From NCBI GenBank assembly GCA_964016885.1, contig OZ024743.1:343666001-343730000 (forward strand): a stretch of DNA of 64,000 nucleotides. Reading direction: 5' to 3'. Shown in pieces: positions 50,024 through 62,009 of this stretch. The translations under genes and the position numbers were made by a program. How positions within the stretch are numbered: the stretch's first letter is position 1; each line of letters opens with the position of its first letter. The stretch is from Eledone cirrhosa (Eukaryota). The notes beneath the pieces were generated by a model. The model worked only from the letters and a program-made list of their open reading frames with translations. It was not told the DNA's origin and did not search any database.

Positions 50024-50061
<38 letters not shown>

Positions 50062-50274
50062 GAATGCCATGGTTGACGGAGGCTCGGCTCTGTAAGGTAT
50101 AGTAATTTTTAACCGTTAAAACAATTGTAAATTGTTTAAAACTTGAACCAAATTGTTGATAAAGACACCCTCCTCCTCGTGAGAGGGGTCTTTCTGTCCG
50201 TTATTTGGCCCTTCGGGGTTAAATAACCAGTTATTGGGGTTTTGTACCCAAAATTTCATTTTAAACAAAAAAAC

Positions 50275-52366
50275 ATGGCTACGAAAAAGAAATTTCATAC
50301 GTCACTCCCACTCATTCCGTCTTCTTCCTCAATCATCACTACAGCAGAGAGAAGATCGTCTCTCTCCCTCCCTTCTTTAAATGTGTCTCTCTCCCTCCCT
50401 TCTCTTTCGCAAGCGACGAAAGAAAAGAAAAGTCTCGTGCAAAGCGTGCAAGGTTTCTCCACGACGACGACGACAGCGACGAAACAGGTGTGCGGGAAAT
50501 ACGAAAACCCAGTTCATTCGTCTGACGTCAGGAATAATAGCAGTAGCAGCCGTAATAACAACAGCAACAGTGACAATGAAAACAACAGTAGCAGCCGCAA
50601 CAGCATCACCAGCAGCATAAACAACAACAGCATTAGCAGCAGCAACACCAACAACAACCACAGCAACAGCGGCGGAGGCAGTAGTCGTAGTACCTGCAGC
50701 AACAAAAGTACCAGCAGCTCTGACGACAACAACAACAGCAGAGAAAAACCAATCTCATTTGCAGGTATTGCGAAAAACTTGGAAACAATCCTCATAACAA
50801 ATGAGGAATTAGAGGAAGCGAAGAAGATGGTGACAAAGAACGGACACCGAGCAATCTGCAAGGCAGCGAAAAATTTTTTCGAAACCCAAGAGCACTGTAC
50901 GGTCACGTACCGTACAGTAAGTACAAAATCCCGTAGGGTGGAAAGAGCCACAGAGGCCCAAATACAAAAAGCCTTGGGGTCTGTGTGGCAGAGGAAAACG
51001 CACATCACCCGAGGCAAAAAATACGCCACCGTAGACGTACTTTTTGCCACACCCCAGGAGGCAAAGGCCCAATCAGTAGTGACCCTAAGGAGCGAGGAAA
51101 TGGTGTTGGTGCCCTCCTACTGCGGGCAAAAAATTGTGAGGGTCAAACTGACCCACGTCCCCCCCGGAATGACCCCTTCTTGGCTGGCCGCGTCTGTCCT
51201 CGTCGGAATCGAGGACAAAACAACTGTACTGCAAGTACAGAAAAAAGTAAGAGAAGATTGGGTCGGCTCCTCCATTGAGATGCTAATCCAAACCAACCAG
51301 GAGTGCATCGAAGCTATCCCGGATGTGATAGACTTCGATAACGGCACTCAACTGCCCATAAGTGTTGAGGGCAAACGCCCGAAATGCTTTCGCTGTGGAT
51401 CGAAGACTCACCTCAGGGCCTTCTGCAACGAGAAGACCCTGAGAAAGGAGAAAACCCCCCTCCTTCCGAATCCGGCTCCACGGCTACCAGCAACAGGACA
51501 AGCGGCAACCAGGAACGATAGGTCCGTGGCACCCATACCCACTCCACGGAAATCAAAGACAGCAGCAGCAGTGGAAATATTAACAACAACAACAGCAATA
51601 CCAAATGCAGCTGCAACAGAGACTCCAGTGCAAACATCACCAACAACAACAAGTGAAAGAGTGGAGCTGGTACCCCTCCCCGACCTTACAGAATCAGACA
51701 TGGAGTGTGAGGTGGGAGAGGGATGGCAAAAGGTCGCAAGAAGGCACAAACGCAGAAGCAGCGCATCGTCGCCTTTGAAAAGGGAGGAAAGAAATGAGAA
51801 AAGGGTAAAGTCTACTGCAAAGAGACCCACAGCAGCAACAACACCAACACCATCACCACCCACACTAGCAGCCACCATCACCACCGGCGACAACCCCACC
51901 GCCAACAACACCTTCAACACCACCACCACAAGCACCAACATCGCAAACACAACAACAAAACACACACACCCAGCAACAACGACAAGAAAATAGCAGAACC
52001 ACACCCCACCCCCAGAAAAACAAATGCACGGCAATAAATACACACAACAAGAAACTAATGACTTACATAATTGAACACACAGACATTTCACAACAGGACT
52101 ACATAATACCAGCACCAATCAAAACGCCAACTAACATAAGACTGCTAAAAATAGCACAGAAACAATACACAAATATTAAAACGAAATTCCCCAACGCAGT
52201 TGGTGATTTCAGGGACCTAGGAGGAACCATCAATCGAAGAGTATACTCAGACATTCTCTTAGAAGAGCCGACGACCAGCCGAAGGGACGATTCAACGGTC
52301 CCTTCACCAGACGATCAAGTGAAAAGGGATGTAAAAACCATCCCTCCTCTACCAAAAGTACGGTAA
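50275..52366 (+). pseudogene. ORF1 copy 4 with a +1 frameshift near 51870
   Basis: cacactagcAgccacc versus cacactagcgccacc in copy 2; ORF splits into 50242-51993 and 52058-52366. Confidence 0.85.
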
Positions 52367-52401
52367 GTGGTCTTTCCCATCTTTTCCACTCTATTTTAAA
52401 C

Positions 52402-55400
52402 ATGACCTCACTCAGAATAGGCAGCATAAATGCGCGTGGCTTGGGGTCGTCATGGAAGCAGGGTCACCTGCTCAACAACCTCAGGTCACTAAACATAGAC
52501 GTAGTGGCCATCAGCGAGACCAGAATCTCCGAAGCACGGGCCTTCGCACCGATCTTCGGCGGCTACGATGTGTACGCATCTCCCAACCGTCCTGGATCGG
52601 GGGGAGGAGTTGCTGTGCTTTTTCGGAGAGGTTTGGATCTCGCCATACGGGCCATCTTCCTGGACCCAGAGGGTAAGCTGGTGGTGCTGGACGTGACCAG
52701 CGGAGACGGGCAAGCTTTCAGGCTAGTGGCCGTCTATGCCCCGACAGGAGCAGGGCGGCCTGATTTCTTCCGGCGTCTGGAGACCTTTCTTGGAACGTCC
52801 CGCTCTTTAGTGTTAGTGGGCGACTGGAACGGGATCTTAGATGCACGCTGGGACTGTGTGGGATTAGCGGATAGGGGTGGAGGGTGCAAGAGCCTCACCA
52901 ACCTGCTCAGGCGTTTTGAACTGTCTGACAGGTACCGATTGGATTTCCCGAATGTGCCAATGTGGACTTGGACAAACCGCATAGGGTCATCCAGATCATA
53001 TCTAGATAGAGTATTTTGTAGGGAAATAGATAGGTCTAGCATAGGCTGTCCACAATTCAAGATAGTCAGCTACACGGACCACAAATTCGTGACCTGTGTG
53101 CTTGACTTAGATAGGCTTCATAGACGAGGACCCGGCTACTGGAAGCTAAACGCCTCCTTACCAGCGCGCAAGGCCTACAGAGACCGGATTAGCGAACTAG
53201 TTAAGCGGGCGTTGACGGGGGCCATCGTCAACAACAAGTGGTGGTTTGCTCTGAAAAGAGCGATTAGAATAGAATCGATTAGGTTTAGTAAGGCTTTAGC
53301 AATAGAGAAAAATAGAGCAGAGGGAGAACTAGTTAGAAAATTAGACGAGGCGCTTAGCAAAGGCATTGCGACCGACGTGCTTGCGGCGAAATTGGCCCTT
53401 GACCAATTCTTCAATGCAAAGCACGAAGGCTGCGTTGTCAGAGCTAGGGTGCGTGCTCTCAGACACGAGGGGACGAAAGCCGTTCAATGGGCCCGAGTGG
53501 CGGAGGCGCGTCGTGGCAACAAAGCCACGATCCGGTCTTTGGTGGACCACGACGGGCGCATGCTACTCGATCCCGGGCAAATGTGTGAAGCTTTTCAGCG
53601 ACACTTCGCTCAGCTGTTCGGGGGCAGCGGTGGGCCGGGTAGAGGGATGGACTTTAGTGTCTACCTCGACGGACTGCCGCGGCTCTCGGCCACTGAGGCG
53701 AAGTGTTGCGAAAAGCCGATAACAGCCGCTGAAGTAAGGGAGGCAATGACTGGCTGCACAAGGGGTAAATCGCCTGGTTTGGATGGTCTGCCCTATGAAC
53801 TTTACGTACAGATGCCAGACTTGTTCGGAGGCCTCTTGGCGGACGTCTACTGCAACTGGCAACAGAACGGGAGAATTCCCAGTTCTGTGAGCCGAGGAGC
53901 GGTGGCACTGCTGAGAAAGGATCCGAACAAGGGGGATAACATAGAAAATTTCCGGCCCATAACTCTGCTAAACACAGAGTTTAAGATTTTGGCCAAGGTG
54001 CTAGCAAAGAGGTTGGCGCTTGTCGTTGGTGGTCTGGTGGGAGAGGCGCAGACATGCGCCATTCCCGACAGATCCATCCACGACAACCTCCACCTCATGC
54101 GATACATCGTAGAGAGGGTAGCTAGGGAACCTGGCACGGGTGGGTCCTTGATCAATTTAGATCAGTCGAAAGCTTTCGATAGGGTCGACCATCGTTACCT
54201 AGCGGCAGTCCTGAGGGCGGCTGGCTTTGGGCCCGTCTTCAGAGGCTGGATCGCTGCCATGCACAGCGACATCTGCTCTGTGGTGAGAGTGAACGGTCAC
54301 CTGTCGGAACCGTTCAACATCATGCGCTCGGTCCGCCAAGGATGTCCCCTCTCGTCCCTCTTGTACGTATTGACTCTCGAGCCATTACTGCACAAACTGG
54401 AGACGTTGAGGGGGGTCCCGCGCGAACTAGGATGCGGAAGATCCGTATCAGCATATGCGGACGATGTCACCGTAGTGGTGTCGAACGCCAAACACATCGA
54501 GGCGATCGGCACTACACTAAGAGAATACGAAGCGGTGACAGGAGCAATGATCAACCAGGAAAAGTCAGTGGGCCTGCAGCTCGGCACCTGGAGAGGCAGG
54601 TCCATGCCGTCCAACAGCGTCGTCGGACGCTGGACGGACGGACCGGTTAAATTGCTAGGGGTCTGGTTCGGTCCGGACCTCCAGACGGACAAAAACTGGG
54701 ACGAGGTGACGAGCAGGGTGGCTTCTCTCACCCAGAAATGGGCCGAGAGGAAGCTATCCCTGAAAGGTCGAGCGGAGGTGGCTAACGCGTACATCGCGTC
54801 CGTCATCTGCTACCGCCTGACCGTCGTACCTTGTCCTAAGCCTCGCCTGACTGTGCTGGAGCGTTTGCTCTTTCGCTTTTTGTGGAAGGGACGCGCTCCG
54901 ATGGTCAGGCGGTCCATCTGTTGTCAACACCCGCTACGTGGAGGGCTGGGCATGCCGTGGCTGATGATGCGCAGGCACGCGCTCAGGCTACGACATCTCC
55001 ACCTCTTCCTCGACGGTGATCAGGTGTGGTCGCCGTTTGCTAGACGCGTGTTTCCCCAGCTCGTTTCCTTGACGGAGCTGCAGTCCTGGGTCAAGCGAAG
55101 ACCGAGAGGGAGCGCCTGGAGACTGGAATGTCTTCAGGCGCTCACAGCCCTCGACCAATCGGGCAATGTGATCGGTGGAAACTCCACCTCGGCGTTCTAT
55201 AGAGGATTAGTGGAGGGGAAGAGCGACGACGTACTTGGGGAAACTCTAGGCGTCGACGAAAATCAACTAGCCAATCTCTTCGGAAGAACTTTCGGGCCAG
55301 GGCCTATGGACAACTTCCAGAAATCTCTGGCCTGGCAGTGCTACCGAGGAGCCTTGCCAGTTCGGGATAAACTCTACAGGCATGGAGGTGCCGTCAGCCG

Positions 55401-55821
55401 GGCATGTCCGAGATGCGCGCAGGGCGACGAAACCGTCCTGCACGCACTCGTCCAGTGTCCGAAAATTGCTGACTTGTGGGTTTATGTCGAACACCTGCTG
55501 TCGCGTTTAAGACGGATCCAGCTATCATCTGAGTCCATCGTGAGGATTGCCCCGCCCTCCTCCTTTAGCCGGGAAGGGCAGGCAGTTTTTATCTGTCTGG
55601 TGGCCATGGCGAAAGAGATAGTATGGTGGACACGTTTGAAAGGGCTGAAGACGAGCACTTACCTCTTCGGTGATGCTCTGATTGACTTTTTCAAATTTCA
55701 TTTGAAAAGGAAAATCAGAGTAGAGAAGGAAGTGCTCTCTTCCCAGCATTTTGTTGAAAGATGGGTGAGAGAAGCAAGAATGGCCCGAGTGAATGGGCCG
55801 ACTCTGAGTATATATCTGTAA
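52402..55821 (+). CDS. ORF2p copy 4 (APE-RT-CCHC)
   Basis: 1139 aa, several private substitutions. Confidence 0.97.
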   Translation: MTSLRIGSINARGLGSSWKQGHLLNNLRSLNIDVVAISETRISEARAFAPIFGGYDVYASPNRPGSGGGVAVLFRRGLDLAIRAIFLDPEGKLVVLDVTSGDGQAFRLVAVYAPTGAGRPDFFRRLETFLGTSRSLVLVGDWNGILDARWDCVGLADRGGGCKSLTNLLRRFELSDRYRLDFPNVPMWTWTNRIGSSRSYLDRVFCREIDRSSIGCPQFKIVSYTDHKFVTCVLDLDRLHRRGPGYWKLNASLPARKAYRDRISELVKRALTGAIVNNKWWFALKRAIRIESIRFSKALAIEKNRAEGELVRKLDEALSKGIATDVLAAKLALDQFFNAKHEGCVVRARVRALRHEGTKAVQWARVAEARRGNKATIRSLVDHDGRMLLDPGQMCEAFQRHFAQLFGGSGGPGRGMDFSVYLDGLPRLSATEAKCCEKPITAAEVREAMTGCTRGKSPGLDGLPYELYVQMPDLFGGLLADVYCNWQQNGRIPSSVSRGAVALLRKDPNKGDNIENFRPITLLNTEFKILAKVLAKRLALVVGGLVGEAQTCAIPDRSIHDNLHLMRYIVERVAREPGTGGSLINLDQSKAFDRVDHRYLAAVLRAAGFGPVFRGWIAAMHSDICSVVRVNGHLSEPFNIMRSVRQGCPLSSLLYVLTLEPLLHKLETLRGVPRELGCGRSVSAYADDVTVVVSNAKHIEAIGTTLREYEAVTGAMINQEKSVGLQLGTWRGRSMPSNSVVGRWTDGPVKLLGVWFGPDLQTDKNWDEVTSRVASLTQKWAERKLSLKGRAEVANAYIASVICYRLTVVPCPKPRLTVLERLLFRFLWKGRAPMVRRSICCQHPLRGGLGMPWLMMRRHALRLRHLHLFLDGDQVWSPFARRVFPQLVSLTELQSWVKRRPRGSAWRLECLQALTALDQSGNVIGGNSTSAFYRGLVEGKSDDVLGETLGVDENQLANLFGRTFGPGPMDNFQKSLAWQCYRGALPVRDKLYRHGGAVSRACPRCAQGDETVLHALVQCPKIADLWVYVEHLLSRLRRIQLSSESIVRIAPPSSFSREGQAVFICLVAMAKEIVWWTRLKGLKTSTYLFGDALIDFFKFHLKRKIRVEKEVLSSQHFVERWVREARMARVNGPTLSIYL

Positions 55822-56081
55822 ACTAAAGGTGGAAAACTGGGAGAGGGCACTTGCCTTGGTGGTCAGGGTCATTGTGGCTTTTTACTGGGCTTTCTCCACA
55901 AATGTTCCTCCGAAGTCTCCCCCCTATTGGGGAATTTTTCATTGTTATTTTCATTGTTATTTTTGTTACATCCTCTGTTTTTGTTTTTTTACACGCAGAA
56001 ATGCCCATTTGTACCGTCCTGCATTGTCCTGCACTGTCCTTAATGTCTACTTTATGTAAACCCTTGTGGTTAATAAAGAAA

Positions 56082-56137
<56 letters not shown>

Positions 56138-56138
<1 letters not shown>

Positions 56139-56254
56139 AGTGGTTACACAACAGTTAGTTGACCATACCGAGAACAATTGTTTCACCTTAGTGGAATCTC
56201 GAGCTGAGGATCAATTGTTCTCGGTATGGTGAACTAACTGTTGTGTAACCACTT
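56138..56254. repeat. 117-bp hairpin/MITE with 43-bp near-perfect arms
   Basis: aagtggttacacaacagttagttgaccataccgagaacaattg / caattgttctcggtatggtgaactaactgttgtgtaaccactt. Confidence 0.85.
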
Positions 56255-56321
56255 CTACCTAACTCGTCCCATGGACTGAGTGCTCTACCACTACGGATAT
56301 TACCTTCCAGTGTTCTACCAC

Positions 56322-56515
<194 letters not shown>

Positions 56516-56597
56516 AGGATGCGGCAAAAATGCCTCCTACATTTTAAGGGTTGATCGTATACGATGTGGGAGTTTTTCTGCTGCGCCCTACAACTTT

Positions 56598-56770
56598 AGG
56601 CACAAGGCCAGCAATTACCCAGTGCATTACTGGTACTTTATTTTATCGACCCCGTAAGGATGAAAGGCAAAGTCAACCTCGGCGGGATTTGAACTCATAT
56701 CGTAAAGGGACGTAACTATGCTGGAAAACATGGCGTCCGACCCTCTACCGATACTGCCAATCCACCGCCC
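56598..56770 (-). mobile_element. SINE copy, family of 86-245 (3' fragments also at ~13258-13330 and ~25520-25572)
   Basis: ttttatcgaccccgtaaggatgaaaggcaaagtcaacctcggcgggatttgaactc...ctgccaatccaccgcc. Confidence 0.75.
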
Positions 56771-56941
56771 TGTAAATAATGTGCTCAAAAGAGAAAAAAT
56801 CCTGAGCTTTTTAAAATACAATATATTGAAAAGGTAACACACTAGAGGGAGATATACAGTGCGCTATCAATAAAACAGGGAAAAACCATATATATATATA
56901 AAGAGAGAGAGATGGGGAGAGAGAGAGAGAGATAGAGAGAA

Positions 56942-57011
<70 letters not shown>

Positions 57012-57249
57012 GTTAAAAAGAAGACACTGAGAACAATAACACAAAGTCTTAATCGTTTCACGCTTCTGGGAAAAGGAAAAGGAACGCCTCAGTGTATCGG
57101 ACGTTAGTCTTTCATCATAAAGAAGAGGTTGAAAGGTTGGAAAAAAGAAGGGAAAGGAATAACGAAGAGGGGGTGAAACAGACAGGCAAATATATAGTGC
57201 TACGGGTGAATGTATGTTTAGAATTGATGGCAGGACGTCCTGGTCTATC

Positions 57250-60048
57250 AGTGTGGGGGTGTTTGCGTGTGTGTGTGGTGTGTGTGGTATGTGTGTTTGT
57301 GCGTGTATGTGTGTGTGTGTGATGTGTGTGTGTGTGATGTGTGTGTGTGGGGTGTGAGGGTGGTGTGTGGTACGGGGTGTGTGCGTGTGTATGTGGTGTG
57401 TGTGGTGTGTGTGTGGTGTGTGTGTGTGTGTGTGGTGTGGGGTGTGTGCGTGTGTATGTGGTATGTGTGATGTGTGGTGTGTGTGCGGTGTGTGTGTGTG
57501 TGTGTGGTGTTGTGTGTGTGTGGTGGTGTGTGGTGTGTGGTGTGTGTGTTTGTGTGTGTGTTTGTGTGTGTGGTGTGTCGTGTGTGGTGTGTGGTGTTGT
57601 GTGTATGTGTGTGTGTGGTGTGTGTGTGGTGTGTGGTGTGTGGTGTGTGGTGTGTGGTATATGTGTGTGTGGTGTGTGGTGTGTGTGTTTATGTGTGTGT
57701 GTATGGTGTGTGGCGTGTGGTGTGTGTGTGTTTGTGTGTGTGGTGTGTGTGGGGTGTGGGGTGTGAGGTGTGTGGAGTGTGTGGTGTGTGGTGTGTGGTG
57801 TGTGGTGTGTGGTGTGTGTGTGGGGTGTGTGTGTGAGGATGTGTGTGTTTGTGTGGTGTTTGAGGGTGGTGTGTGTGTGTGTTTTTGGTGTGTGTCTGGT
57901 GTGTGTGCGTGGTGTGGTGTGTGGTGGGTGTGTAGTGTGTGGTGTGTGTGTGGTCTGTGTGTGGTGGTGTGTGTGTGGTGTGTGGGGGTGGTGTGTGTGT
58001 GTTTGGTGTGGGGTGTGTGTATGTGTGGTGTGTGTGGTGTGTGTGTTTTTTTTTATTGTTGGTTGTGTTGTGTGTGTGTGTGGTGTGTGTGTTTGTGTGT
58101 GTGTGTGTGGTGTTTTGTGTATGTGTGTGTGTGTGTGGTGTGTGGTGTGTGGTGTGTGGTGTTGTGTGTATGTGCGTGTGTGGCGTGTGTGTTTGTGTGT
58201 GTGTATGTGGCGTGTGTGTTTGTGTGTGTGTATGTGGTGTGTGGTATGTGTGTGTGGTGTTTTGTGTGTGTGGTGTGTTGTGTGTGTGTTTATGTGTGTG
58301 TGTGTGGTGTGTGGCGTGTGGTGTGTGTGTGTTTGTGTGTGTGGTGTGTGTGTGGTGTGGGGTGTGTGGTGTGTGGTGTATGTGTGTGTGGTCTGTGGTG
58401 TGTGGTGTGTGGTGTTTGAGGGTGGTGTGTGTGTGTGTGTGTGGTGTGTGTGTGGTGTGGTGTGTGTGGCGTGGGGTGTGTGTATGTGTGGTGTATGTGG
58501 TGTGTGCGTTTGTGTGGTGTGTGTGCGTGTGGTGTGTGGTGTGTGTATGTGTGGTGTGTGTGTGGTGTGTGTGTTTGTGTGTGTGTGTGTGGTTTGTGTG
58601 TGTATGGTGTGGGGTGTGTGGGTTGTGTGTGTGTGGGTAGTATGTGTGTTTGTGTGTGGTGTGTGTATGGTGTGTGTGGTGTGTGTGGTGTGTGAGGGTG
58701 GTGTGTGTGGTGTGTGAGGGTGGTGTGTGTGTGTGTGGTGTGTGTGCGGTGTGTGTGTGTGGTGTGTGTATGGTGTGTGTGTGGGGGTGGTGGGGGTGGG
58801 GGTGTGTGAGGGTGATGGGGTGTGTATATGTGTGGTGTGTGTGATTGTGTGTGGTGTTGCGTGTGTGTGTGTATGGTGTGTGTGGTGTGTGTATGTGGTG
58901 TGTGGTGTGTGGTGTGTGCGTGGTGTGTGTGTTTGTGTTTGTGTGTGCTTTGTGTACGTGGGGGTGTGTGGGTGTGTGTGTGTGGGGTGTGCGTGTATTT
59001 GTGGGTGTGTGTGTGGTGTGTGGTGTGTGGTGTGTGGTGTGTGTGTGGGGTGTGTGTGAGGATGTGTGTGTGTGTGTGTGTGGTGTGTGTGTGGTGTGGT
59101 GTGTGTGGCGTGGGGTGTGTGTATGTGTGGTGTATGTGGTGTGTGCGTTTGTGTGGTGTGTGTGCGTGTGGTGTGTGGTGTGTGTATGTGTGGTGTGTGG
59201 TGTGTGTGTGGTGTGTGTGTTTGTGTGTGTGTGTGTGGTTTGTGTGTGTATGGTGTGGGGTGTGTGGGTTGTGTGTGTGTGGGTAGTATGTGTGTTTGTG
59301 TGTGGTGTGTGTATGGTGTGTGTGGTGTGTGAGGGTGGTGTGTGTGGTGTGTGAGGGTGGTGTGTGTGTGTGGTGTGTGTGCGGTGTGTGTGTGTGTGGT
59401 GTGTGTATGGTGTGTGAGGGTTATGGGGTGTGTGTATGTGTGGTGTGTGTGGTGTGTGTGATTGTGTGTGGTGTTGTGTGTGTGTGTATGGTGCGTGTGG
59501 TGTGTGTATGTGGTGTGTGGTGTGTGGTGTGTGCGTGGTGTGTGTGTTTGTGTTTGTGTGTGCTTTGTGTACGTGGGGGTGTGTGGGTGTGTGTGTGTGG
59601 TGTGTGTGTGTGGTGTGTGTGTGGTGTGTGGGGTGTGTGGGTGGTGTGAGTGTGTGTGAGTGTGTGTGTGGTGTGTGTGTGGTGTGTGTGTGGTGTGTGT
59701 GTGTGTGTGGTGTGTGTGTGTATGTCGTATGTGAGGGTGGTGTGTGTGTGTGTGGTGTGTGGGGTGTGTGGGTGGTGTGAGTGTGTGTGAGTGTGTGTGT
59801 GGTGTGTGTGTGGTGTGTGTGTGGTGTGTGTGTGTGTGTGGTGTGTGTGTGTATGTCGTATGTGAGGGTGGTGTGTGTGTGTGTGTGGGGTGTGTGTGTG
59901 GTGTGTGTGTGTGTGTGTGGTGTATGTGTGTATGTCGTATGTGAGGGTGGTGTGTGTGTGGTGTATGTGTGGTGTGTGTGTGGTGTGTGTGTGGTGTGTG
60001 TGTGTGTGGTGTGTGTGTGTATGTCGTATGTGAGGGTGGTGTGTGTGT
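57250..60048. repeat. 2.8-kb degenerate (GT)n/(GTGTG-GT)n satellite with internal block duplications
   Basis: Almost pure G/T; recurring landmark motifs. Confidence 0.95.
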
Positions 60049-60051
60049 ATA

Positions 60052-60498
60052 TACAACTCGCAGTTTCTTTGAAAGTGGGACCCGAAAGGTCCTACTGGAT
60101 TCCCGGCTCAAAGGGACGAAACTCATCGCTGACCGGGTGCAGTAAGACATCTATCAAGGAAGCACAGTGGAGTTTGGGCATGTAACTCTAAAGGTGTTCT
60201 TTTGATATCTTTAAAGACCCAATCTGTTGTTTTCCAGTATTTTTCTTTTGTAAACATGAAGGGGCTGCGCATGAAAACCTCGAGCTTTTCTCTTTTTAAT
60301 TCTCTTTAATTCTTGCGTATTTTATTTGTTCTCGATATGGCCAAGATCTCTCTTTCTACTTCACTCAATGGGACCGGAATTACCTCTTTGTCTTGTGTTA
60401 GGGCTGCCTTAAATTCTTCCATTAATCTCCTTTGCTTTTTCCTATACCTGGCCAGTTTGCTTGTTTCTTTTAGAGGTGGGTTACAGCCAAATTTAACT

Positions 60499-60500
<2 letters not shown>
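60052..60500 (-). pseudogene. Fragment of a HERO/NeSL-like non-LTR ORF, region upstream of RT
   Basis: Minus strand reads ...RELKREKLEVFMRSPFMFTKENTGKQQIGSLKISKEHL...DLSGPTFKE, resembling FxxNPFxFTKxLLGxxxSGxLxxSKEE...PTxKE; several stops. Confidence 0.5.
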
Positions 60501-60548
<48 letters not shown>

Positions 60549-60639
60549 TACACAAACTTCTGCAGTTTCCAATCACAAAACGAACTTCTTAACCACAAAG
60601 CCATGTCTACACACACACAGACACACACAGACACACACA

Positions 60640-60738
<99 letters not shown>

Positions 60739-61661
60739 GTATACATATATTATATAAAAACATACATATTTACACACATATATATATGTATATACATAAA
60801 TATCCATATGTATATAAATACTGAGGGAGAGAAGTAAAGAATATATTAAAGTGAGAGAAGATACTAATGGTAATTTTTTGAATGCGATATTTATGACCAG
60901 AGGAAAAGATAAAGCAAAGCAAAAACCAAGACACCCTGTTACCCCCCCCCCCCCCAAAAAAAAAAACGTCAACAACAACAAAACAGGCAAACAAACAAAA
61001 AGTACATACAAAAACAAAACAAACAACAGCAACAACAAAAACAAACGAAAACAACCTTCTTCCCCCTAAAACCAAATATAAAATAACAAAGGAACCCGAA
61101 CGCCTCCAGCCCGTTCCTTTCCCCTATCAAGCCAACTCAAGCCACAATCCATTCCCCAAGTGGCAAATCCATGTCAAATTCCTCTGACTTGAAACTGTCG
61201 TTATCAGGAGATTTTTCTGGTAAAGTCTGTTGTAGATTGTGTGGTAGCTGTCACTATATTAAATGTGGAGGTTGTTTGATGGCATCCACTCCACCAAACT
61301 TAGCTAGCTAGCTAGCTTTACTAACTGACAATCTTTCATGGTTATCTAGCTTAGCTTATGCTCGAACAACACAGATAGATGATGGCTGTTAGATTTAGCA
61401 TCGATATAAGCCACCACCACCACCAGCACCAACATCACTACCACCATCACCACCAACAGCATCTTTACTATCTCCATCACCCCTGTCACCGCCGCCACAG
61501 CCCACACCACCGCCACCACCATCCACACCATTTCAACCACCACCACCACCACCACCACACTTATTACCTACTAATACCAGTTTTACTAAAATCACTGCTA
61601 CTACACAAGCACAACAATCGGTTCTTCACAACATAATAACTCCCCCAACACCTCAGAACTT

Positions 61662-61860
61662 TACTCTCGGGTCCCAAATAATAGGGGTTGGGTGGTGGAA
61701 TAAAGGAGGGGGTTGGGAAATCGGTAATTGGAAAGTGTAAATATGGGATTTCTTGTAATGTTCTATTTTTGTCACATATAATGTTTTTAATGTAAAATAA
61801 AATAATTATTAGATTCTTCAGATGCTGTATCAACATGAATCACTTACAATAAAATTTCGT
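61662..61860. mobile_element. Partial inverted copy of the repeat at 2940-3293
   Basis: Reverse-complement similarity over ~200 bp. Confidence 0.6.
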
Positions 61861-61932
61861 AGAATTTAAGAAGTGTTGGGTACAGGAGGGAGTTATGACA
61901 GCTAATATAAAAACTTTTTGTTTTCTTAAAAC

Positions 61933-61965
<33 letters not shown>

Positions 61966-62009
61966 TGTATGTATGTATGTATGTATGTATGTATGTATGT
62001 ATGTATGTG

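Larger units (their letters stand above)
43995..50061 (+). mobile_element. Tx1-like copy 3, full length and intact, tail (ATT)12
   Basis: Same termini and ORFs. Confidence 0.95.
50062..56131 (+). mobile_element. Tx1-like copy 4, full length, ORF1 frameshifted, tail (ATT)16
   Basis: Same termini; ORF2 intact. Confidence 0.95.

Noticed and set aside
37946-56131. Telomeric HeT-A/TART-like array
   Set aside because: Interstitial, with ordinary sequence on both sides; the only TTAGGG run in the window is two units near 2900
57115-60150. 1011-aa His/Thr/Pro-rich ORF and many overlapping Cys/Val ORFs
   Set aside because: Translation of a GT/CA satellite that lacks stop codons by composition
61410-61560. 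Poly-His ORF
   Set aside because: (CAC)n microsatellite
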